DNA of 36,890 nucleotides from Paracoccaceae bacterium (GTDB lineage: Bacteria > Pseudomonadota > Alphaproteobacteria > Rhodobacterales > Rhodobacteraceae): the NCBI GenBank assembly GCA_027030435.1, contig JALVEX010000118.1, positions 1-36,890 on the forward strand. Reading direction: 5' to 3'. The notes beneath the pieces were generated by a model. That model did no database searches and was not told the DNA's origin. It saw nothing but the letters and a program-made list of their open reading frames with translations. A program made the translations under genes and the position numbers. This document shows, in pieces, positions 20,934-29,047 of the stretch. The number at the start of each line of letters is the position of its first letter. The stretch's first letter is position 1.

Positions 20934-21096
20934 ACTGAAAAATTGATGCAAAGTCGCACCAGTTTGAACACGAAAATGCCCAAATGGTCACGTCTTTATT
21001 AACTCCGAAAAAAGGGTGTCATAGACAGGAAGCTCCCTATAGTGGATTGATTTTCTGTCTATACAACTATAGGTTTAGTAGTGAAGGGTCGGGGCC

Positions 21097-22047
21097 ATGG
21101 GCAAAATGAAAATGGCCCATCATCAAAAGATGGGACGCATGGGTAACGATATCGACATGGACGAACGGGAGAAAACTGTTCTGGATTGGTTTGAAGGCAA
21201 GGGAGAGAAGATCTCCCGCCTGGCCGGCGCCGTCATCCGGGCATTGCTCGTCGTTCTTCTGGTTTCCATTCCTTCCGTGCTTCTGCCCGGCGTCAGCACC
21301 GACACCGCACAGATGGTCGCTCTGATCGCGATCTTCGCGGCTGCGCTCACGATTTTCGAATATGCCTCCACATATCCCAGCCTCGTTGAGTTCCGCGATG
21401 CTCCGCCTTTCAACCGGGTGCGTTTCGTTTCCCTGTTCATCACGGTCTTCCTGCTGACGGTAATCGTGCGCGGCACCATCGAGCCCACCACGCTCACCCG
21501 ATTCGTGACGGCCGTGGGCAGCCTCATAGGCCAGGCAATCGATTTTCCCTACAGCCCGGTGCGCCTGATCGTGCTGATGCTGCCGGAAAATACCTCCGTC
21601 GAACACATGATCCTGATCCGCACCGCGGCTGGCATCAGCTACCTGATCTCACTGCTCACGCTGGCGATCTTCCTCATCCTGATCCGCATTCAGGGATGGC
21701 CGAATTCCGGCAAGCCTTTCAATGTCTGGGTCAACATGCCGACATTCGATCCCACTGCCGGGGGGGATGTGGTGGCACGGCTGATCAGGGATGCAAGACT
21801 CAACATCATCCTCGGCTTCCTCCTGCCCTTCCTCATCCCGGCAACGGTAAAGGCTGCATCAAGCGTATTCGTGCCCTTTACCCTTGACTCCCCGCAAACT
21901 CTGATCTGGACAATGTCGGCATGGGCATTTCTTCCGGCAAGCCTGTTCATGCGAGGCATGGCCATGGGCCGCGTCGCCGACATGATCAAGGAAAAGCGCC
22001 GCTTCGAAAACGGCGAATACGGGCAGGATGGCCTGCAGCCTGCCTGA
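21097..22047 (+). CDS. Hypothetical polytopic membrane protein
   Basis: The 316-aa ORF has several long hydrophobic segments (AVIRALLVVLLVSIPSVLLPGV, MVALIAIFAAALTIF, FVSLFITVFLLTVIV, ISYLISLLTLAIFLILI, NIILGFLLPFLIP). I recognise no family. The exact start among the N-terminal Met codons is uncertain. Confidence 0.55.
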   Translation: MGKMKMAHHQKMGRMGNDIDMDEREKTVLDWFEGKGEKISRLAGAVIRALLVVLLVSIPSVLLPGVSTDTAQMVALIAIFAAALTIFEYASTYPSLVEFRDAPPFNRVRFVSLFITVFLLTVIVRGTIEPTTLTRFVTAVGSLIGQAIDFPYSPVRLIVLMLPENTSVEHMILIRTAAGISYLISLLTLAIFLILIRIQGWPNSGKPFNVWVNMPTFDPTAGGDVVARLIRDARLNIILGFLLPFLIPATVKAASSVFVPFTLDSPQTLIWTMSAWAFLPASLFMRGMAMGRVADMIKEKRRFENGEYGQDGLQPA

Positions 22048-23231
22048 ACGCACTCATCCTTTGGGCAGGCCTGCTCACATGGGCCTGCCTGCCCGCATTA
22101 GCCGCCAGCGAAAAACCGATCCGCATTGCAACCTTCAATACCGGGCTCTCCGCCAAAGGCCCCGGGCTCCTGCTGCGCGATATCATGAAGGGCAAGGATC
22201 CCCGTGTCCGTGAAATCGTCCGCGTGATCGCTGAAGCCTCGCCTGATGCCATCCTGCTGACGAATTTTGACTGGGATCTGGAAAACCGGGCCCTCTCGGC
22301 CCTTTCGATGCGCCTCGGCGATGCCGGCATCTCCTATCAATACCTCTTCGCCTTCAGGCCGAATACAGGTCTGCGCAGCGGCCTTGATCTCGACGGAGAC
22401 GGCCGCACCAATGGACCGGGGGATGCCCAGGGCTTTGGCCGCTTCACGGGTGAGGGCGGCATGGCCATCCTCTCGCGGCTGCCGATCCGGGCCGATCTGG
22501 CGGAAGATCATTCCGCTTTCCTGTGGAAGGATCTGCCCTTCGCCGAGGTGCCCCGAAAGGGGGGCAGGCCCTTTCCATCACCCGAGGCCCGCGAGATCCA
22601 GCGCCTTTCCAGCACCGGGCACTGGGTCGTTCCCGTCGTCCTGCCTGATGGGCGCCTTCTGCGCCTCATGGCCTTTCACGCCACGCCGCCCGTCTTCGAT
22701 GGCTCTGAAGATCTGAACGGCCTGCGCAATGCCGACGAGATCCGCTTCTGGCGGCACTATCTCGATGGCCGGATTCCCGGCGCAGGAAACGCCGGCGCCA
22801 GCCCCCCCTTCGTGATCCTGGGCGACGCCAATCTCGATCCCGCGGATGGCCCCGGACGCCATGAGGCCATAATGGCCCTCCTCTCCGACCCCCGCCTCTG
22901 CGATCCTGCCCCGGCAAGCGGCGAAAGCGCGGCACTTTCGCGCCGGCAGGGGGGTGTAAACCGCGCTCACAAGGGCGATCCCCGCCATGATACGGGCGAT
23001 CTTCGCGATGATCCCGGCCCCGGCAACCTGCGGCTCGATTATCTTCTCCCCTCGGCCGATCTCGCAATCCGGGGGAGCGGGATGATCTGGCCGGATGCGG
23101 CCGCTTTCCAGGATCGCTCGCGCCACGCACTCATATGGGTAGATCTCGGTATTGCCGCAGGCGATGGGGCAAGCGGCGCGGCGGGCATATCGCGCGATAC
23201 ATGCGCCTCACAGGGCGCAGGCGGGCAATAA
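21921..23231 (+). CDS. Endonuclease/exonuclease/phosphatase (EEP) family protein, probably exported
   Basis: A signal-like segment [21 protein letters not shown] is followed by [38 protein letters not shown] and DYLLPS, which resemble the EEP fold blocks. The only canonical in-frame start is ATG 21921, which overlaps the upstream gene by 127 nt, so the true start is uncertain. Confidence 0.65.
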   Translation: MGISSGKPVHARHGHGPRRRHDQGKAPLRKRRIRAGWPAACLNALILWAGLLTWACLPALAASEKPIRIATFNTGLSAKGPGLLLRDIMKGKDPRVREIVRVIAEASPDAILLTNFDWDLENRALSALSMRLGDAGISYQYLFAFRPNTGLRSGLDLDGDGRTNGPGDAQGFGRFTGEGGMAILSRLPIRADLAEDHSAFLWKDLPFAEVPRKGGRPFPSPEAREIQRLSSTGHWVVPVVLPDGRLLRLMAFHATPPVFDGSEDLNGLRNADEIRFWRHYLDGRIPGAGNAGASPPFVILGDANLDPADGPGRHEAIMALLSDPRLCDPAPASGESAALSRRQGGVNRAHKGDPRHDTGDLRDDPGPGNLRLDYLLPSADLAIRGSGMIWPDAAAFQDRSRHALIWVDLGIAAGDGASGAAGISRDTCASQGAGGQ

Positions 23232-23304
23232 TCCCGTAGCTGCGCTTGACCCTCCCCCGCGAGGCGGCTACCCCATGCCCGACAGATCAAACCCGGAGAA
23301 CCCC

Positions 23305-24411
23305 ATGGCAAACCCTTCGCTTCTCATCCTTCCCGGCGATGGCATCGGCCCCGAGATCATGGCCGAAGTGCACAAGATCATCGAATGGTTCGGCGCAAAA
23401 CGAGGCCTTCGCTTCGATGTCAGCGAAGATCTTGTCGGGGGGGCCGCCTACGATGCTCACGGCGTGCCGCTCACCGATGAAACCATGGCGAAGGCGCAGG
23501 AAGTTGATGCCGTGCTTCTCGGCGCCGTGGGCGGCCCGGCCTATGACGATCTCGATTTCTCGGTCAAGCCCGAGCGGGGGCTTTTGCGCCTGCGCAAGGA
23601 GATGGATCTCTTCGCCAACCTGCGCCCGGCGCAGTGCTTCGATGCGTTGGCCGATTTCTCGACCCTGAAGCCCGATGTGATTTCGGGCCTCGACATCATG
23701 ATCGTGCGCGAGCTGACATCCGGCAGCTATTTCGGAGAGCCGCGCGGCATCTTCGAGGAAAACGGCGAGCGGGTGGGCATCAACACCCAGCGCTATACCG
23801 AGGGCGAGATCGATCGGGTCGCCCGCGCCGCCTTCGATCTCGCGCGCAAGCGGGATCGGCGCGTGTGCTCGATGGAGAAGGCCAATGTGATGGAAAGCGG
23901 CATCCTGTGGCGCGAGGTGGTGCAGGCGGTGCGCGATGCCGATTATCCCGATATCGAGCTTTCGCACATGTATGCCGATGCCGGCGCGATGCAGCTCGTG
24001 CGCGATCCGAAGCAATTCGATGTGATCGTGACCGACAACCTCTTCGGCGATCTCCTTTCCGATGTTGCCGCCATGCTCACCGGATCGCTCGGGATGCTGC
24101 CCTCGGCAAGCCTCGGCGCGCCGATGGAAAACGGCCGGCCCAAGGCGCTCTACGAGCCTGTCCATGGCTCCGCCCCCGATATCGCCGGCCAGGGCAAGGC
24201 CAATCCCTGCGCCTGCATCCTCAGCTTCGCCATGGCGCTGCGCTATTCATTCGACCAGGGGGAAGAAGCGGATCGGCTGGAATCGGCGGTGGAAAACGTG
24301 CTCTCCAAGGGGCTGCGCACACCCGATCTGATGCAGAAGGAAGGGGCGAAGCCGGTCACCACATCAGAGATGGGTGATGCCGTCGTCGCAGCTCTTGAAG
24401 AAAGCCTCTGA
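23305..24411 (+). CDS. leuB: 3-isopropylmalate dehydrogenase
   Basis: LeuB blocks are present: [41 protein letters not shown] and [18 protein letters not shown]. The start is set at ATG 23305, preceded by ggagaa. Confidence 0.95.
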   Translation: MANPSLLILPGDGIGPEIMAEVHKIIEWFGAKRGLRFDVSEDLVGGAAYDAHGVPLTDETMAKAQEVDAVLLGAVGGPAYDDLDFSVKPERGLLRLRKEMDLFANLRPAQCFDALADFSTLKPDVISGLDIMIVRELTSGSYFGEPRGIFEENGERVGINTQRYTEGEIDRVARAAFDLARKRDRRVCSMEKANVMESGILWREVVQAVRDADYPDIELSHMYADAGAMQLVRDPKQFDVIVTDNLFGDLLSDVAAMLTGSLGMLPSASLGAPMENGRPKALYEPVHGSAPDIAGQGKANPCACILSFAMALRYSFDQGEEADRLESAVENVLSKGLRTPDLMQKEGAKPVTTSEMGDAVVAALEESL

Positions 24412-24507
24412 GGGAGAGAACGAGGGTAGCGCCGAACGCGCACGCTGAAACGGCTCAAAACCCTCTTGCAAAATCCAAAGACTCGGTATACCCGCCTTCC
24501 ACAGGTC

Positions 24508-24584
24508 CGGAGTGTAGCTCAGTCTGGTAGAGCACTGCCTTCGGGAGGCAGGGGCCGGAGGTTCGAATCCTCTCACTCCGACCA
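24508..24584 (+). tRNA. tRNA-Pro (anticodon CGG)
   Basis: A hand-folded cloverleaf works throughout. The acceptor is CGGAGTG/CACTCCG, the D arm is GCTC-AGTCTGGTA-GAGC, and the anticodon arm is CTGCC-TTCGGGA-GGCAG with anticodon CGG. The T arm is GGAGG-TTCGAAT-CCTCT, followed by discriminator A and an encoded CCA. Total length is 77 nt. Confidence 0.9.
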
Positions 24585-24930
24585 ATAAATCAAATCCTTG
24601 TCGCGCCCGTTTCCGGCTCTCTTGGCCGAGTATCTTGGCGCTCGCCAGGATTTTTGGTCATCTTCTCTCTCATCCCTCCGTCATGAGATTCCCCTGCCGC
24701 CATCTGGAAATCCGGTTAAGGAAGCAGAAACATGGCCACCAGTGCCAAGATGGATGCTTCGAAGGAGAGGGGAATTGTATTGCGAGGTACCCGGATGCGG
24801 GGATACAAACATGGGACACGGACCAATGAAAACCCTCATTTCCTTTGTGAAGTGATTGAGGATTCGGCTCAACGTTGCGTCAGGGGGGCAGGCGACTTTC
24901 CGATGCCGGGGACGGGAGGAGTTTGATACT

Positions 24931-25524
24931 ATGGATACAATGAAGAGCAAGGCCTTTCCTGTTTTCTTTTCCGTGGCCAGCGCAGACATCGAGTTCGCCG
25001 AGCGCGTGTGGGAGCCACTCCCAGACGACTGGGTTTATCTTTACTCAAAAACCGGCGAAGAGGCTGCGCACGTGTGGGACGAGATATCGGAGCGCGAATT
25101 GCCCCGCGCCAAGATTCTCGTCATTTTCTGGTCGCGAAACTATCTGAAGGCGCAAGGCTGCATCCGTGAGATCAAGCAGGCCGCAGGGCTTGTTGATTCT
25201 GGGCTTCTGCGGCCTCTGGTCCTGCGCCTTGACGACTGCCCGATCAGCTGGACCGAAGAGTTTCCGGAAGCTGACAAGGCCACCTTCGAGGCCCTGGGCA
25301 AAGCGCTGAACTACCGCACCTCTCACCCAGGCATCTCGGTTGATCACGCACGCGAGCTCGTGGCCCGGGTCGCTGAGCCGCTCCTGTCGTCCGATACCCA
25401 CGGCTGCCGCGACCTGAACTTCTGCGGGCGATGCGGGCCGGCCTTCAGATGCCCGATGACAGGTTTCGGTTTTACCCTGCCGCATGGGTTTCGGGGTTCA
25501 ACGGCGTTGGTCGCGAAACTCTGA
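24931..25524 (+). CDS. TIR-like domain protein; the last ~45 codons look out of frame, so it may be the N-terminal part of a frameshifted TIR-STAND-TPR gene
   Basis: An SD-like gggagga (24914-24920) precedes ATG 24931. TIR-type blocks are FPVFFSVASADIEFAERV (betaA plus following helix) and ILVIFWSRNYLKAQGCIREI (25114-25173), which resembles the 'vvvlS.nY..S.WC..El' block. Glu80 (25168-25170) is at the catalytic-Glu position. The tail after about 25390 (SSDTHGCRDLNFCGRCGPAFRCPMTGFGF...) is Cys/Gly/Arg-rich and does not look protein-like. Confidence 0.65.
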   Translation: MDTMKSKAFPVFFSVASADIEFAERVWEPLPDDWVYLYSKTGEEAAHVWDEISERELPRAKILVIFWSRNYLKAQGCIREIKQAAGLVDSGLLRPLVLRLDDCPISWTEEFPEADKATFEALGKALNYRTSHPGISVDHARELVARVAEPLLSSDTHGCRDLNFCGRCGPAFRCPMTGFGFTLPHGFRGSTALVAKL

Positions 25525-27527
25525 TAAGAGATTACAATCGCGACTTTACTCCCAATGGGCATGCGATCACGCTCGAGGTGAACGAAGCCACCCTTCCTCG
25601 CGATCTCTTGCTCCGAATCGAAAGCGAGGCCTTCGGGGCAGATATTGATGCGTTGACGCAGCTTAAGGAGGCCACGTTTGAAAGCGAAACAGGCACGGTC
25701 GCCGAAGCCATCGAACGGGTCGTGGAGGCGGGGAACTATGTTATCCTCAGGCATTCGCGAATCGTCGAGGAGCGTGTCGACCTGCCCGAGTGGCTCGACG
25801 AAGTGGTGAATTCTCTTGAGCCTGCCACACGAAGCAAACTGTTCATCATCTCCCAGGTTCCGCTGCTCAAAGAGCGGCGCATTCGCTGCAAGGACCGGAT
25901 GGAAAGCCAGCGGGTTCCGACAATCGACGAACATGTGCTGCGCGAATACTGCTTGCAGCTCGTCGGTCATTTCGACCCTCATCCGGAGCGGTGGAGCGAA
26001 GACGACGTCGAAAGGATCGTCGCTGCTGCAGGCGGAAACATCGGTTTTCTTGTTACCCTGGTTCGCGTCGCCTCGCGGATTGAGGACATGGACCAGCTGG
26101 ATGCCCTGATCGCTGCCGAAGGGGCGCAGATGGTCGAACAGATGACCGTCTATGCGCGCTGGGCATTTTCGCAACTTCGCGAATTCCCGGAGGAACAACG
26201 TACCCTCGCTTTCCTCAACGATGTCTCGCCCTGTGATCTGATCGACCTGGAGAAGGTCGTGAAACCCCGATCGGATAGGCCGATGATGCGTGTCCTGGGC
26301 AAGCTTCTCGAGCTTGGGCTGGTCGAGCGGGAAGGCGAAAACCTCTATCGCCTGACACCGCTTCTTTCGCACCGTTTAGAGCGCGATCTTGTCGGGCCGG
26401 AACTGACGCAATGGAAACGGCGGGCCCTTGAAGACTTCGTGAAGTCCCCCCCCAAAGTCGAAACGACCGAGCATGAATTCCTGCGAATCGAAACCCGCAT
26501 TCAGGCGGCAATGCTGACGGGAGAGGAAAAACTCCCGAACAGTGTGGCAAAGTTCGTCTCCGCCGCGCATTGGTTTCAAGCGGGGATCCGGCTCTATCAC
26601 GCCAACCGGCGCGAGTTGGCCTGGAGACTGCTGAAAAAGGCTTACACGCATAGGTCCGAATTCACGCAATCAACGCGCGTGGAAATCATGCGCTACTATG
26701 CCCTCAGCGCAATACGCATGAGGAAATTCGAGGATGCAGATGCCGTGATCCAGCTGCTGGACAATGACCACCGCACGAAGGCACTGGCAGCGTTCCTCTG
26801 CGGCAACCTGGAAGAATTCAAGAGCCGAGATCGCCGATATGATCGGAGGGATCACCTGTTTGAAGCCATTCGGCAATATGAAACAGCGCTCAAGTTGAAC
26901 GCTGGAAAAGATTCCCGGCTTGAGCACACCTATCGTCCTCTGATCAGCTGCATTCTGCACACTACGAAGCCCGACTTCGAGAAAGCCGAGCGTTATGCTC
27001 TGGAATACGTCAAGCTGCGCCGCACTGTATTCAGCCTGATGGCACTGGCGCGCGTGTATCTGCATTGGAGATACCGGGAGGATGCATATGGCCGGGAAGT
27101 GCCGGAGGACATCGAACGCCTCTATCACCACGCTCTCGACGATCTGTCGAACCACCCGGGCGTCAACAGCGCGCATTTCGAGATCCGCGCTGAGGAGGCG
27201 GAGTTTGAAGGCGATTTCGCCGGGGCACTCGAATTCATGGATGAGGCGGTTGCCGCAGATCCGCGCCCGTTGCTGAGGATGTCGCGTTGGAACCTCATGG
27301 CGCGCAGTGGTGATGCCAACATCGCGCAGCAGGTGCTTGACGAGATGCGGCAGGCAAAGGACGAGGACGACTTCAGAGGAAACTGGTCGGTCTATCTCCC
27401 CGCGCTCGCCGAGATCTATGCCCGAGCCCTGAAAACAGCGGGGAAGCCGCTTGGTTTGCTCAATCAGTTCGCCGTCGGCTTGCAGGATAGGGAAATCAGC
27501 AGAATCATTGGCAGAATCCGAACTTGA
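25431..27527 (+). CDS. STAND (NB-ARC/AAA_16-like) NTPase-fold protein with C-terminal TPR-like repeats; NLR-like
   Basis: The blocks occur in STAND order. They are the P-loop-like VSGFNGVGRETL (25494-25520 core), SKLFIISQVP (25833-25862), the GLPL-like GGNIGFL (26031-26051), and the winged-helix-like LGKLLELGLVEREGENLYRLTPLLSHRL. These are followed by about 330 aa of helical TPR-like repeats (e.g. FEDADAVIQLL, LFEAIRQYETALKLN, EGDFAGALEFMDEAVAADP). The reading frame is actually open from 25377, upstream of the first ATG. Confidence 0.75.
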   Translation: MRAGLQMPDDRFRFYPAAWVSGFNGVGRETLIRDYNRDFTPNGHAITLEVNEATLPRDLLLRIESEAFGADIDALTQLKEATFESETGTVAEAIERVVEAGNYVILRHSRIVEERVDLPEWLDEVVNSLEPATRSKLFIISQVPLLKERRIRCKDRMESQRVPTIDEHVLREYCLQLVGHFDPHPERWSEDDVERIVAAAGGNIGFLVTLVRVASRIEDMDQLDALIAAEGAQMVEQMTVYARWAFSQLREFPEEQRTLAFLNDVSPCDLIDLEKVVKPRSDRPMMRVLGKLLELGLVEREGENLYRLTPLLSHRLERDLVGPELTQWKRRALEDFVKSPPKVETTEHEFLRIETRIQAAMLTGEEKLPNSVAKFVSAAHWFQAGIRLYHANRRELAWRLLKKAYTHRSEFTQSTRVEIMRYYALSAIRMRKFEDADAVIQLLDNDHRTKALAAFLCGNLEEFKSRDRRYDRRDHLFEAIRQYETALKLNAGKDSRLEHTYRPLISCILHTTKPDFEKAERYALEYVKLRRTVFSLMALARVYLHWRYREDAYGREVPEDIERLYHHALDDLSNHPGVNSAHFEIRAEEAEFEGDFAGALEFMDEAVAADPRPLLRMSRWNLMARSGDANIAQQVLDEMRQAKDEDDFRGNWSVYLPALAEIYARALKTAGKPLGLLNQFAVGLQDREISRIIGRIRT

Positions 27528-27659
27528 GTCCGTGGTTTTGAGCGGGCTTGCCGGATAAGGCACAGCCAGAAGGCGGCCCACAAATGGCTTGGCGGAACCA
27601 CGAAAGGGGCGAAAATCGCTTCTTCGTTGTGCTCTGCGCAAGGGTTGATCGGCTCGCCC

Positions 27660-28502
27660 CTATGCCGGGTCAGCGATTACCTCCTGCTGTTGCTCGCCCA
27701 GCCCCTCGATCCCGAGGTGCACTACGTCGCCCGGCTTGAGGAAGCGCGGCGGCTTCTTACCCATGCCGACACCGGGCGGCGTACCTGTCGAGATGATGTC
27801 GCCCGGATGGAGCGTGAAGAAGCGGCTGAGATAGGAAACGATATGCGCCACGCCGAAAACCATCGTCGCTGTCGATCCGTCCTGCATGATCTCACCGTTC
27901 ACCTCGAGCCACAGCCTGAGATTCTGCACATCTTTCACCTCGTCGGGCGTGACCAGCCACGGGCCGATCTGGCCGAAATTATCGCAGCTCTTGCCCTTGG
28001 TCCACTGGCCTTCATGCCGGATCTGGAAATCGCGCTCCGAGACATCATTGACCACGCAAAAGCCGGCCACATGATCCATCGCTTCGGCTTCATCGATGTA
28101 TTTTCCCGGCTTGCCGATAATGATGCCAAGCTCCACTTCCCAATCGGTCCTGGTCGAGCCGCGGGGAATGATGATCGGATCATCGGGGCCGCAGATCGCG
28201 CTGGTGGCCTTCATGAAGAGCACCGGCTCAGAGGGGATCGCCATGCCGGTTTCTGCGGCGTGGTCGGAATAGTTCAGCCCGATGCACATGAATTTTCCAG
28301 TGCCCCCCACACAAGGGCCCAGGCGCGGGTTGCCCTCGACCAGAGGCAGCGAGGCAACATCAAGCGTGCCAAGCGTTTCCAGATCGGCGAGCACCGTGCC
28401 CGCGAGATCATCGATCACGCCCGAAAGATCGCGCAGATTTCCATTCGCGTCGATCATGCCGGGCTTTTCAGCCCCCCGTTCGCCGTATCTTGCCAGTTTC
28501 AT
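27660..28502 (-). CDS. Fumarylacetoacetate hydrolase (FAH) family protein
   Basis: The product has a FAH-family style: MKLARYG...GMIDANGNLRDLS at the N-terminus, then CIGLNYSDHAAE, EVELGIIIGK, VNDVSERDFQ, KGKSCDNF and GDIISTGTPPGVG. The start is set at the internal ATG 28502. Confidence 0.85.
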   Translation of the reverse strand: MKLARYGERGAEKPGMIDANGNLRDLSGVIDDLAGTVLADLETLGTLDVASLPLVEGNPRLGPCVGGTGKFMCIGLNYSDHAAETGMAIPSEPVLFMKATSAICGPDDPIIIPRGSTRTDWEVELGIIIGKPGKYIDEAEAMDHVAGFCVVNDVSERDFQIRHEGQWTKGKSCDNFGQIGPWLVTPDEVKDVQNLRLWLEVNGEIMQDGSTATMVFGVAHIVSYLSRFFTLHPGDIISTGTPPGVGMGKKPPRFLKPGDVVHLGIEGLGEQQQEVIADPA

Positions 28503-29047
28503 CGTCGTCTTCCTGCATCCTCCGGCCGCCGTCAATGATACGTGTCGCCCGGTGGCAAATCCGGCCCATTGGCGCGGCATTGGGGTATAGTAGCCTCCCC
28601 GACTGAAGCATTTCCCTGCTCGACGGCGGCGTTCATGGCCGCACCATCGTATTCATTGCATATCTTATTCAGACTTTCCATCGACATGCGCCGTCATGAA
28701 ACGGCCCGTTCGCCATCCTGCTCCTGCATCGGGGATGTCATGAATTCTTTGTGTCTGGTCCGGCCCAATTCTCCTCGAAGGTATCGCGTTCTGCCATGAT
28801 CACCGGCCAAGGGGTGAATTTACGATGTTTTTCGGCCACGCGCAAAGTGCGGCTCGATGCCTCCCAGGTGGCGCCGGCAAGCCAAAAAGATACTTGCTTG
28901 TCATGTTGACTGCCCCTGTCCTCAAATCGGCCAAAGATAACACGATTTATTTCTCAATAGTTCCTATGGGCTCACAACCTAATGTTACTGTTCGTATGGC
29001 TTTTTTCGCGCTAGGCTGCCTCAACCCCCAGCAAAAGGAGCGCCCTC

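Noticed and set aside
25344-27641. Two long minus-strand ORFs inside the islet (25344-26372, 342 aa, and 26670-27641, 323 aa) that could have been additional island genes.
   Set aside because: They lie antisense to the STAND/TPR ORF, which carries ordered domain motifs. Their own translations show no motifs and no plausible start context.
27528-27659. A search for a direct repeat of the tRNA-Pro 3' end (attR-like) at the distal end of the islet. The best resemblance is ggaaccacgaaa versus ccgaccaataaa.
   Set aside because: It is only a partial, gapped similarity of about 7 of 10 nt, which is within chance expectation. The island boundaries therefore remain undefined.
28542-28799. An 85-aa plus-strand ORF, plus the 80-aa ORF at 28825-29067, in the non-coding spacer.
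   Set aside because: Neither has an SD. Both have odd composition and no motifs, and the 28542 ORF starts inside the ORF-track N-terminal extension of the FAH gene. They were treated as non-coding.
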